This document shows, piece after piece, positions 13,540-25,334 of a stretch of DNA of 64,000 nucleotides (position 1 is its first letter; each line of letters opens with the position of its first letter). The position numbers and the translations under genes were made by a program. The notes beneath the pieces are model-generated. The model ran no database searches and had not been told where the DNA came from. It worked only from the letters and a program-made list of their open reading frames with translations. Location: the NCBI GenBank assembly GCA_964016885.1, contig OZ024745.1, forward strand, positions 29,202,001 to 29,266,000. The letters run 5' to 3'. The stretch is from Eledone cirrhosa. Taxonomy: Eukaryota.

Positions 13540-14170
13540 AGAATATGAACCATATGAAAGTTGTGGCTGAGAGTCTTCTCTTTCATATTTTGTTACAGAT
13601 TCTTTTATATATTCTCAGATGATTTCTGACCAAATGTTGAAGACAACCACAACAATGAGGGGAGAGGCCAATTCATGTCTGCAAAGAAAAAAGGTAATTG
13701 TCTAATCTGCACAAAGCACTTGTTGAGCAAGTCTAAACATCGAGAGCCTAGAATGGTTTTGTTTTTCTCTGATCAGGACCAAAAGGTCAACTGAAGGAAT
13801 GAAAGGAAGTTATGAAGAGACCCTGAATATGTACCAACAGTCATGCATACAAAGTTTCCAACAACTCTGATGGTTCTGGGAGTTGTGAGCAACAAGAAAG
13901 ATATGCCTTCTAGCTTCTTTCTTCAAGGCTTAAGGGTCAATGCTGCTGACTATAATGAGGTATTGGAGAGGGTTGTAAGGCCTTGGGTATGGAGTGTGAA
14001 CAAAGAAAGACTGTATTCTCCACAATCATGCCACCCCAAACATATGACTTCCAAGCTTTCCAGACCTGAATCTGTTTAACTACCACATATGAGGAATAGT
14101 TGACAGGGAAGTCAATTAATGCCTCCATAACACTATAATATCTCTGAAGTCCACCATAATTAGCACAATG
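13540..14170 (+). mobile_element. Decayed Tc1/mariner-superfamily (maT/DD37D-like) transposase fragment
   Basis: FFSD, TKFPTTLMVLGVVSN..MP..FF.QGLRVNA..Y.EVLE.VV.PW, then RPE..*LPH remnants. Confidence 0.7.
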
Positions 14171-14204
14171 TCCAAAATAGATACTTTGCAGAGTATATAT
14201 ATGC

Positions 14205-14460
14205 ATCATCATCATCATCATTGTTTAATGTTTATTTTCCATGTTAGCATGGGTAAGATGGGTTGTCCCATTTGAGCAAGTTAGGTCAGGTGACTGTGTC
14301 TTACTTATACAGAACTGTTTCTTGCTTAGTTTCTATGGCTGGATGCCCTTCCTAACACCAACCACATTTACAGTGTGTGCTTGGTGCTTTTTGTCATGAC
14401 ACCTACAATGACCACTTTACAGTGTGGGCTGGGTGCTTTTCGTTGTGACATATACACGAC
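14205..14460 (-). mobile_element. RTE-type 3' UTR/tail fragment
   Basis: (CAT)n followed by GCTGGATGCCCTTCCTAACACCAACC. Similar pieces at 16790-17057 (+), 17175-17346 (+), 30660-31040 (-) and 36990-37215 (-). Confidence 0.7.
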
Positions 14461-14474
14461 CACTCATATATATA

Positions 14475-15172
14475 TAACATGGTAGTGAGACCTGGGCATT
14501 GTGTGCTGATGACTTGCATAGATTAGAAAGAAATGAAGCTTGCATGCTCCGATGGATGTGTAATAGTAATGTGCGCGAACGGCAAAGCATAAATGAATTG
14601 ACAGAGAGACTAAGCATAAGAGGTATCAAATGTTGTATTCTGGAGAGGAGATTGTGTTGGAATGGCCATATGATGCGTATGTAGCTGTATTAAAAAGTGC
14701 AGAGCAATGAAAATTGATGGAAGCTACAGAGTGGGTAGACCAAGAAAAACCTGGGATGAGGTGATAAAAACTGACTTGCTCACTTAACCTCTCTAAGACA
14801 ATGTCACTGGATTGAGATCTTTGGCACCATGCAGTTGTACAGAAGACCCGCCTTCCCTTATATACAAACCTACAGTCACTAGGCACCTCTTAACCCAATA
14901 TACACCACACCCCACACACCTTGCCCCATCCTCTCATTTCTGTCCACTGTGTCGGTGACAACAAAAAGCACCCAATCCACACTGTAAGGTGGTCGTGTAA
15001 GTCACACTGGTGGTTGGTGTTAGGAAGGGCATCCAGCTGTAAAAAACCTGCCAGAGACACTTCCGTGTGAGCGAGACACAGTCTCCTGACTATTCCTGCA
15101 TCAAATGGAACAAAACCATCTAACCCATGCTAACGACGATGATGATGATGATGTTGATCATCATCATCATCT
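14475..15172 (+). mobile_element. RTE-clade LINE 3' end with 3' UTR and (GAT)n tail
   Basis: HGSETWA, LERNEACMLRWMC, RRLCWNGHMMRM, GRPRKTW. 3' UTR motif GGTGTTAGGAAGGGCATCCAGC. Confidence 0.85.
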
Positions 15173-16020
15173 ATATATATATATAAATAGGAAAATGCAA
15201 AATTGTAGATATAGTCCTTTATTAATTGAGCTGTTATACATATTTATATGACAATAGATATCGTGATTTCTTCAGACAGTAAAAGGTAACATTTCTGGGG
15301 CAATTAGGGGTGGAAGAGAGGAGTCTAAAAAAAAATGTAAGTTTTTGTTTTGGTTGTCCGCTCCCTTTTAACTTTTGGAACCTCCTGATAGCTCTGCACA
15401 GACGCAGAGGTGTAGCAGGCTGACCACCATATTTGTTCTTTCTAGCTACCAGTCCCTCACCACCTCGGACGACAACTCTATATGGTCAGTGGGTCTTCAA
15501 TTCTGGCAAATTTGTTTACTGCTAACTTTGGTGTCCAGCAAAATTTCAGTGCATGTGTACCCACTACCTGTTTATTGCGGCATAATATACCGACTATCAA
15601 CCCCAAAGTGAGAATGTTACCTAATGCTATGGTTATTATAACTTATCATGGAAAATAAACATTTAAGATTTCACAACCCGAAGATTAAAAAGTTTCTACA
15701 TTTCAGATGTTGAAAAATTAAAAGTCCGGAAAATTAGACAACAGTCAATATACTAAGAATAATATCTAACTGGCTAATGTGTACATTCGTATTAGGGATT
15801 GGGTTCAGAATTGGATATTAATTTGTTATGACTCCCCAGTGGAAAAAAGGCAAAATCTAGAGTATCGAATGTAAAAATTAGATAATCATATAGTTGGTAT
15901 CCGGGTCAATCCGGTAGAGACAAATAATACATTGATAAGAAAAGGTACATTGTTAATTCTAACTTTGCTGACTATTCCTCTCTATATATATATACATATA
16001 TATATATATATTTATATATA

Positions 16021-16090
<70 letters not shown>

Positions 16091-16224
16091 GTAATAATAA
16101 TAAATTTGAAGACTAAAATCCAAAGAGGGCTCGATAAGGATAAATATATATCAAATATATAAGAACCGTAGAGCAAATATTTATTAAAATAACAGATTAA
16201 AGTTTAAGCAAAGAATCGCAAAGA

Positions 16225-16628
16225 ACGGCCACATTACAGCGTGGACTGTGTTTTTTTGTCGTGACACCTACACGATCTCATTTGTTTCGGCCTGGATGTT
16301 GTGGGACCAACATAACTTTACATTGAAAGGGGCGGTGTGGATGGGGTGGAGGTGGTGGGACAGGGGTGTGTTTTGATAGAGATGCCTACTGACTGTAGTA
16401 GATTTTTACTTTGTATTTAGGTAAGGCGGGTCTTCTCTATTACTGAGTACCGCCAAAGGTCTCGGTCCAGTGACATTGTCTTGGAGAGGTGTAAGCGTGT
16501 GAGGTCGGAATTTATCAGCTCGTCCCATGTTTTTCTGGGTCTGCCTACTCCGTGGCTACCGTCTATCTTTATTGCCCTGCACTTTGTTATACAGCTGTCG
16601 TCTTTCATGCGCATCACGTGACCGTACA
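16225..16628 (-). mobile_element. Young RTE LINE 3' fragment
   Basis: YGHVMRMKDD..GRPRKTWDELI..DRDLWR. Near-identical to about 46750-47147. Confidence 0.85.
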
Positions 16629-16665
16629 TATATATATATAAATTAAAAGTGACAAAGAACATATG

Positions 16666-16704
<39 letters not shown>

Positions 16705-16706
16705 GA

Positions 16707-16740
<34 letters not shown>

Positions 16741-17056
16741 TCCCATGGGTACAAGCTGAAGCATATAGACAATATGCCCCCATGCCCCCCACCGCAAGGT
16801 GGTCGTGGAGGTGCCACGGCAAAAAAGCACCCAGCCCACACTGTAAAGTGGATGTGTAGGCGCCACGAAAAAGCACCCAGCACTCACTGTAAATGAGGTT
16901 CGTGTTAGGAAGGGCATCCAGCTGTAGAAATCAAGCCAAATCAGTTCCTGTATGAGCAAGGCATGGTCAGCCGACCAGACACTGCCCACAACAGGACAAC
17001 CCGTCTAACCCATGCTAGCGTGGAAGAACGGACGTAAAACGGTGATGATGATGATG

Positions 17057-17087
<31 letters not shown>

Positions 17088-17141
17088 TATACATCCCACC
17101 CTTGCAAGCAGGGAAAAAGTGGACGTAAAAAAAAAATAAAA

Positions 17142-17173
<32 letters not shown>

Positions 17174-17342
17174 GTCCACTGTAAATGTTAGGAAGGGCAT
17201 CCAGCCGTAGAAAACCTGCCAGATACAGTTCTATATGATTGAGACACGGTCATCCGATTAATGTTGCCTCAAGTGGGACAACAAACCCGTCTAACCCATG
17301 CTAGCATGGAAGATAGACGTTAAACGATGATGATGATGATGA

Positions 17343-17409
<67 letters not shown>

Positions 17410-17446
17410 CAAAAAGGGATATTTAATTTGTTGGTAATTCAACAAA

Positions 17447-17822
17447 TCATCATCATCATCATTTTACGTCCCTGCTTGCAAGGGTGGGACGGAAACTGAT
17501 TCTGGCTTGATTTCTACAGCTGGATGCCCTTCCTAACACCAACCTCATTTACAGTGAGTGCTGGGTGCTTTTTTTCCGTGGCGCCTACACGTCCACTTTA
17601 CAGTGTGGGCTGAGTGCTTTTTTCCCATGGCACCTCCACGACCACTTAGCAGTGGAATGATAAGGAACCCAGTCCCTATCATCTCATTTCTACAGCTGAG
17701 TAAACTTGAGCAATGTGAAATAAAGTTTCTTGCTCAAGGAAACAACACATCACCCGGTCTGAGAATTGAACTCACAACCTTTCGATTGCAAGCCCAATGC
17801 TCTAACCACTAAGCAATGTACC
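17447..17822 (-). mobile_element. SINE family B with RTE-type tail
   Basis: Near-identical to 42873-43253. Confidence 0.85.
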
Positions 17823-17920
17823 TTTTCCAGAAGATCTTAACGGTTCAAGTTTTTCCAGGAAAAACTTGAACCGTTAAGACCTTCTTCCTGGATATGTCAA
17901 TATTTATAAAACAAACTTTG

Positions 17921-17981
17921 TATTTTATCTGATGAGAGCGTACCAAAGTTTTGGTACCCTTGAAATATATATAATAGAATA
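17921..17981 (+). ncRNA. Minimal type I hammerhead ribozyme motif
   Basis: TATTTTAT-CTGATGA-[GAGcGTACCAAA..TTTGGTACcCTT]-GAAA-T-ATAT-A-TA^-ATAGAATA. Predicted cleavage after 17973. Confidence 0.8.
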
Positions 17982-18578
17982 AATATGGTTTTATAAATAT
18001 AGTTTCCATTTATTTCATATCATTGTATATATAAACGGAAAAAATGAAACAAAATTTCATTTCCCACTCTTAGTACGGCTGTTACTTAAATATAAGTATG
18101 TACACGTACATACATATATGTATACAGACGTACAGTAGTATGTATATATATATACATACATGCACACATATATATATGTACGTATGGATTCACCGAACAT
18201 TTATTATAATGCTCGGTGTGTTTGTAAACAAACATCCCGTATTAAGCCGTAGTGTCTAGCAACCATCGTTGCTCGTTTGTTCAACACTGACAAAGGAACG
18301 CTGTACTAGTTTCAAGCTTATTAACTATCGTCAGCAACGTATACCTTCCTGCCAGATTGTTGAACGTATATACTTACCTTATGCATATTAACGGCTGAGT
18401 AGCCCAATTTGCATATCGAGTGGGTTAATCGGCCGGGTGCACCGAAAACGATAAACGGAAAAAATGAAACGAAATTTCATTTCCCACTCTTAGTACGGCT
18501 GTTACTTAAATATAAGTATGTGTTGATTTAAAACTGCACTATTCACAAGTGTGTTTTAACCTTCATATCATGTCTCCC

Positions 18579-18649
18579 TATTTTATCTGACGAAAACGCA
18601 AATGTTATTGCATGATGATATTTGTTTATGAAATGCGCATAATAAAATA
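18579..18649 (+). ncRNA. Minimal type I hammerhead ribozyme motif (GCGC-loop family)
   Basis: TATTTTAT-CTGACGA-long stem II-GAAA-T-GCGC-A-TA^-ATAAAATA. Confidence 0.78.
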
Positions 18650-18773
18650 CATGGAACTCTTTTAACCATCTTTTGAACTTATATATTATTTATACTCCAG
18701 TCCTACAAACTGTAGAGTGCTACTTATCCGATATCTGCATTGCTTTATTGTACTACAATAAAACTCACCTCCT

Positions 18774-18810
<37 letters not shown>

Positions 18811-19099
18811 GTAGAATAATCGAGTATCGAAAAATCGGCGCACGAGTTCACGATAAACAAAATTCGAGATGAGCGGCAGAGGGCTCCATAATTCAGATAA
18901 ATCAGAGCTATAACTATCGTTAAAATACCGTCACACGTAGAATATGTCTACAATCAACCATACGACCGAAAAATTGCGATATGGAAGATTCGGGACACTC
19001 AGATAAAATATCAATAAATCAATAAATCAAATGAATGTAAAATATATATATATATATATATAATATATAAGATCAAAAGATGGTTAAAAGAGTTCCATG

Positions 19100-19170
19100 T
19101 ATTTTATTATGCGCATTTCAAAAACAAATATCATCATGCAATAACATTTGCGTTTTCGTCAGATAAAATA
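19100..19170 (-). ncRNA. Minimal type I hammerhead ribozyme motif (GCGC-loop family)
   Basis: Reverse-complement copy of 18579-18649 with intact core. Confidence 0.78.
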
Positions 19171-19273
19171 GGGAGACATGATATGAAGGTTAAAAGACAC
19201 TTGTGAATAGTGCAGTTTTAAATCAACATATGTGTTGATTTAAAACTGCACTATTCACATGTATTTTATTATG

Positions 19274-19344
19274 TATTTTATTATGCGCATTTCAAAAACA
19301 AATATCATCATGCAATAACATTTGCGTTTTCGTCAGATAAAATA
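19274..19344 (-). ncRNA. Minimal type I hammerhead ribozyme motif (GCGC-loop family)
   Basis: Second minus-strand copy, 174 bp from the previous one, intact core. Confidence 0.78.
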
Positions 19345-19464
19345 GGGAGACATGATATGAAGGTTAAAACACACTTGTGAATAGTGCAGTTTTAAATCAA
19401 CACATGTGTTGATTTAAAACTGCACTATTCACAAGTGTGTTTTAACCTTCATATCATGTCTCCC

Positions 19465-19530
19465 TATCTGACGAAAACGCAAATGTTATTGCATGATGAT
19501 ATTTGTTTTTGAAATGCGCATAATAAAATA
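19465..19530 (+). ncRNA. Hammerhead motif (GCGC-loop family) with shortened stem I
   Basis: Core intact. A 5-nt deletion leaves stem I as TAT/ATA. Confidence 0.6.
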
Positions 19531-19853
19531 CATGGAACTCTTTTAACCATCTTTTGATCTTATATATATATAATGCTCGGTGTGTTTGTAAACATTGTTA
19601 TACTTTGGGAGGGTCATGTTGCCAATAAGAAACACACGCACCAGTTGCTTTCACTTCCATTTATTATATATTTATAAATTTACAAATTTACAAATTTACA
19701 AACTTATAAATTTCTGGTTGGTTGGTTGGTTCCACAACCAGATAGTTGTTTATATATATAGTCATAGTCCTTTCGTGTGTGAACACACACACAGAAACAA
19801 AATGGCGTAGGATAGAAGAAAGGAAAGGCACAGAAACGAAGAAAGGAATCCCC

Positions 19854-19898
19854 AGTCACTGAAGAGGTCACAGAGTGTGTGACGAAAGGACTATGACT
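19854..19898 (+). ncRNA. Hammerhead ribozyme motif, separate family
   Basis: AGTCA-CTGAAGA-G-[GTCACA..TGTGAC]-GAAA-G-GA-C-TA^-TGACT. One extra purine before stem II. Confidence 0.65.
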
Positions 19899-21164
19899 AT
19901 ATATATAAACAACTATCTGGTTGTGGAACCAACCAACCAACCAGAAATTTATAAGTTTGTAAATTTGTAAATTTGTAAATTTATAAATATATAATAAATG
20001 GAAGTGAAAGCAACTGGTGCGTGTGTTTCTTATTGGCAACATGACCCTCCCAAAGTATAACAATATCGGTTTCAACACACGATTTCAGATAAAGAATCTT
20101 GCTAAACAAATTCAGAAACGATATATATATATATATATTAAAAGTGACAAAGGCGCTGTGTGGTTACTAATAAGTATTGTTTAGAAAACGTAAGAGAAAC
20201 ACAAACAAGGACAATTGAGTTATTTGCAGCATATGGTTATACCCCTTTACGGTCTGAGTTCAAATCTTGACGAGGTTAACTTTGCCTTTCAACCATACTA
20301 TTGTGTCATTTATAGAATAAAAAAAGCTATATAATTTTAGCCACAAAAAAAAAAGACAAATCCTGCTGTTCGGCTGTCTGCTGTTTCGACGTATTAAAGA
20401 CAGTATTAGGGAAGAAAACAACAACAAAAAAACAACAAAAACAAACTGACACGATGGAGTCGTAGGGATACTGTATTGACATACAGTATTTCTTGAGCAT
20501 TTTGTTTAAACTGGGTCGAGCCCATATCCTCCTCTCCAGGTTTAAACACAGCAGATTTTGATAAATTCATAGAAAACTCCTATCGGTTTTAGTGGGAAAT
20601 TATTTTTTTTTTCGTGTGCTATCAATTCAACTTACTTCAAATATGATGCAAAGAACTTTTTCCCCGAAAAAAGGAGAGGAGGACCTTCGGACTCACTCGC
20701 TTCCGGAGTTTTCTGTACCAATTTTTCCCTTCGTTTTTTTTTTTCCCGTCTGTTATCAACTAATTTTACTTCGGAACACACCGCAAAAGACTTTTTTCTC
20801 GGAAAACGGATGGGGACACCTCCAAGTTTTCTTTACCCTCTAACCCTAACCCCACTGAAATCGATGGGGGTGTTTTTCTATAATAATTCCCAGATTTCTT
20901 CCAGAGAAAGAGATATAGAGGAAGAATCGAACTCAGTACTGGATATGTACTTTTTTTTATCGACCCTGAAAGTATGAAAGGCAGAGTTGACCTCCGTGGG
21001 ATTTGAGCTCAGAGAGTGCTGAAAGTTGGAACGAATATCATAAAACATTCTCTCCGACGTTCTAACGACTTTGCCAATTTGCCATCACTAGTGTAGGACC
21101 AATCAAGTTAAAAACAAAAAAAAACATCACCGTTGATTCAGCGTGTTTTTGTTGACAAATTTTG

Positions 21165-21240
21165 ACGAAGTGGGCGGAGCGAAGTTAAGCTGACGTCAGC
21201 AAATCTCAACCTGTCAATTATTAATTCCCGCCTCCTTTTC
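21165..21240 (+). promoter_or_regulatory. Probable promoter (GC boxes plus CRE palindrome) of a + strand gene
   Basis: GGGCGGAG, the perfect palindrome GCTGACGTCAGC and CCCGCC are clustered. A TE-free pyrimidine-rich leader of about 2 kb follows, ending at the 23358 ORF. Confidence 0.5.
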
Positions 21241-22276
21241 TTCCGTTATCGTCTGCCGTCTTTTACCATATTCCCCTCTTCCTCCTCCTCCTCTACATAC
21301 ATATTTCTTTCTTTTCCACTCTACCCATCCCTCTTTCTCTTTGTTTTCTTTCTTTTTCCTTACTCTTTTCCTCTCTATTCCCTCCTTCTTCCATATCTTG
21401 TTCTCTCACACTCTTCTTGATCTCTCTATTATTATTTCACATATCTCTTCTTTCTTTATCTCTCACTCTTTCCCCCTCCCCAGTCTTCTTGCATTCTTCT
21501 CTCTCTCTCTCTCTCTCCACATACACACTCCATTTCACCTCTACACATACACATTCTCACTCTGTATTCACTGATACGCTCTTCAATTCGTTACTCTCAT
21601 CCTCTCTAAAGCTCTTCAATATATTCTTCCTCCTCCTCAGGTGTTGCCTTTACTCAGGTACACATTCTCCCCTTCTCTCTTCACACACACACACGCGCAC
21701 TCAATTCCTACTCTCTGTTTATTCACATGCTTTTTCTCTTTTTACTCTCACACTCCTTCTATATTCCTTCTCTCCTCTTCCTCCTGCTCCAGTGCTGCGC
21801 TTTACCAGATGACGTCATGTATTCTTGGAAGAAGCAACAACAACAACAAGCCACACCACCGCCATCACCTTTACATTGTCAGAATTCTTTCGAAGCTCAT
21901 AAAGTAACCCCGCTAAGCTTTGCTTCTTCCATTCACATATGGTGGATGCCTACCTCCTGCTTACTCACACTTTCTTTACTCTCTAAACAGCAGCCATACC
22001 TACACAGCTTCCCTAGTCTTTCTCTCTCTCTCCAACTTTCGCTTTCCGTTACACTCTACTCTTCCTTTTCCTCATTGTTGCGTCTTCTTTTTTTTTCAAT
22101 TGTTGATATGTTTTTTAATACATTTTACCCGCCGTTTTTTGAACACACCTACATCTTTTTCTTTCTCTTCTTGCCATTCCTTCTTTTTAAATAGTCGTGT
22201 GTGTGTGTATAGTAGGAAAAGAATCCGTATAAATAAATAAATATATATATTGTATATATATATTTATAATATATAT

Positions 22277-22329
<53 letters not shown>

Positions 22330-23357
22330 TTATATATATATATTGTATATATATGTATCTGTATGTGTGTATATATCCGACACGTTAAGACTCTTTCTCT
22401 ACTATTCTAGACATTAAACTATATATCATCATTATTATTCATTCATCATCATCTATCTATCATTACACTCTCATACATTCACACCCACAAATCACTCTTA
22501 TCTTCCCCTTCCCCCCCCTCCTCCACCTTACACTCTAACTGCTCCCTCCCCCTTTCTTTCTCCCCGTTCTCTTTCTCTCTCAGCTTCACTGGAACCTTCC
22601 TTCCTTCCTCACCAAATTGATGGAGGATGTGAGGGCCACTCACCAGCATTGGGAAATCTCACACGACAGAACAGTTTGCCTAACAGACAGGAAGTGCAGC
22701 TGTTTGCAGAAACAAGTGCATCAACAGCACCGAAGGAAAGAAGAAGGAGAACAAGAAGAAGACAGAGAAACAACAACAGACTGTCCGTCCTCTCAGCTTT
22801 TAGGACATTTCGGCATTTTAGCAGCTATCCCACCTCGGATTGACAACAACCTCTACTACTACTACTTAAACAACGACAACCATACAAAACAAAGTAAAAG
22901 TAATAATAACAAAAACAAAAACAATAATAACATTAATTTTTTTATTGGCCCCAAGAAATCGCACATAGAATACAGAAAACATTATAAGCATAGAAGTTAC
23001 ATTAGATGTGAGGGCTGGAAAATATAAATGAGGCAGGGACAAAAGTGTTATATAATAAATAGACAGGGAACATTTGATGAAACATGAAATAAGTATAAAG
23101 TCGTATTTATTAATGACAATAATTAACACAAGATATGATATAAAAATATATTTATAAAAATAATAACAAAACATTTTCATCTTTCCTACACGCATTCAAA
23201 ACACGGAGAGGCTGACTGACTGAAAATAAATAAAGGAAACGAAGGTTTTAAACTGTCGAACCTGTGATTCGAACCTGGTTCTGCATTTCTCACTACTTTC
23301 CAACCAATCAACAGATATAAAATAATATCAACACTAGGTCAAAATACGAGGTGCAGC

Positions 23358-23526
23358 ATGTATTCGGGGTGCAGTAGCCGAGGATGGACGAGGTACCCAT
23401 TTGTGGTCAGCCGTACCCGGAGTGGACGTAAGATGGTGTTGATGTGTAGTTTCTGGTTCGTTCTCACACTTCTCCTCCAGTCACTGGACACGGCATATGC
23501 TTACTACACACTGCCGTTGGATACGG
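23358..23526 (+). CDS. Probable first coding exon (signal peptide) of a secreted or membrane protein
   Basis: MYSG..RKMVLMCSFWFVLTLLLQSLDTAYA-YY: basic n-region, hydrophobic core, A-x-A cleavage motif. Donor G|GTAGGT at 23526/23527, phase 1. No downstream exon identified. Confidence 0.55.
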
Positions 23527-24212
23527 GTAGGTGCCTTAGCTATCATGATTTTCTTTGAACACCCACCCTTTAAATACAACCGCCCGTCCGTGCGTGTGTT
23601 TGTTTTGCATGCATCACAATATGTGTATGTGTGAATATACCAATGTATGTGAATACGTGTCAGTGTGTGTGTGTGCGTGTATGTGAAAGCGTGACCGTCT
23701 TCATATGTGTGTATGTGAATGTGTGTCAATGCATGTGAATATATCAATGTTTGTAAATGCGTGTATGTGTGTGTGTGTGTGTGTGTGTTGTTTCACTTTC
23801 GTTCCTTGTCTTGTTTTTCAGCGAACGACTCCCGGTAGATAAGTAGATATTAACTCTAGTTCGAATCGCGTTCAGTGTACTGTACCTTTAACCACAAATG
23901 TCCCCGGGAAAGGCACGAACAACAATAACAACTCACACATACATACGTCTTTATTCTCTCTCACCCTCCCTGATGATAAAAGATCCCTGTGACAATGTTT
24001 ACAATAGTTGTGATTATTGATGATATTGATGTCGTTGTTCTGAGTTCAAATCCTGCCGAGGTCAACTTCGCCTTTCATCTTTCTGCCTAATGAATAATTG
24101 TTTCTACCTTTGGCACAAGGCCAGCAATTACCCAGTGCATTACTGGTACTTTATTTTATCGACCCCGTAAGGATGAAAGGCAAAGTTAACCTCGATGAAT
24201 AATACGTCTCTA

Positions 24213-24505
24213 GTAGTGTAGTGTAGTGTAGCGTAGCGTTGTGTAATGTGGTGTAATTTAGTGTAGTGTAATGTAGTGTAGTGTAATGTGATGTGGTGTA
24301 GTGTGGTGTAACGTAGTGTGGTGAAGTGTAGTGTTGTGTAGTGCAGTGTTGTGTGGTGTGGTGTAATGTTTTATATTGTTGTGTGGCGTGGTGTAGTGTG
24401 GTATAGTGCTGTGTATTAGTCAGTGTAGTGTTGTACTATAGTGTAGGTATGCTGTAGTGTGGTTGGAATGTTGTACAGTAGTATAGTGTAGTGTGCTTGT
24501 AGTGT
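24213..24505. repeat. Degenerate (GTGTA)n pentamer repeat
   Basis: Read directly. Confidence 0.9.
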
Positions 24506-24689
24506 TAGCAATAATTTCAGTCATTAAGTAGATATATTCATGGCTGTAAGTCAGTGAAATAGACCATATTTGCAATTTGGTCTATTGTTTTAACAGAAAG
24601 TCCTTCCATCTGGTACCGAGTGTTAGTCAAATCACTTACATATGGTTGTAGCTGTTACTACTGTTGTTAGTGTTTTAGTGTTGAGTAGA

Positions 24690-24781
<92 letters not shown>

Positions 24782-24840
24782 ATGTATATATATATGTGTG
24801 TGTGTGTGTGTATGTATATATGTGTGTGTGTGTGTGCATG

Positions 24841-24873
<33 letters not shown>

Positions 24874-24942
24874 ATGTATATATATATATGTGTGTGTGTG
24901 TTTGTATATATATATATGTGTATGTGTGTGTGTGTGTGTATA
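24690..24942. repeat. (TA)n/(TG)n compound microsatellite
   Basis: Read directly. Confidence 0.95.
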
Positions 24943-25039
24943 TTATGCTTAAGTGACGAGTCTTATTACCCTGAGTATCGTTTTTACATCTGTTTTTTCA
25001 TGTTTGCTTATTTCACTCTCACTCACTATATATACACAC

Positions 25040-25073
<34 letters not shown>

Positions 25074-25334
25074 ACATGTGCCAGTGTATATAGAACGTTC
25101 AAATATTAACTGAATGAGCACCCAAGACATGTGAGAAGAGGGTCAGTGACTTTGAAGTTTCGGCTTTGATGCCCCCCCCCCCCCCCCCACACACACACAT
25201 CATAACAGCATATATATATATGACACCTACTATGAAAGTGATGATGCCACATGTATGGCTGTTAATGTCACAGATGGACCGACCATATGTCTGATATATG
25301 TAAAACTTCGTGTAGCCTCAGACAGTTTCACAGC

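Noticed and set aside
20833-20853. TAACCC telomere-like units
   Set aside because: Only about two copies, expected by chance.
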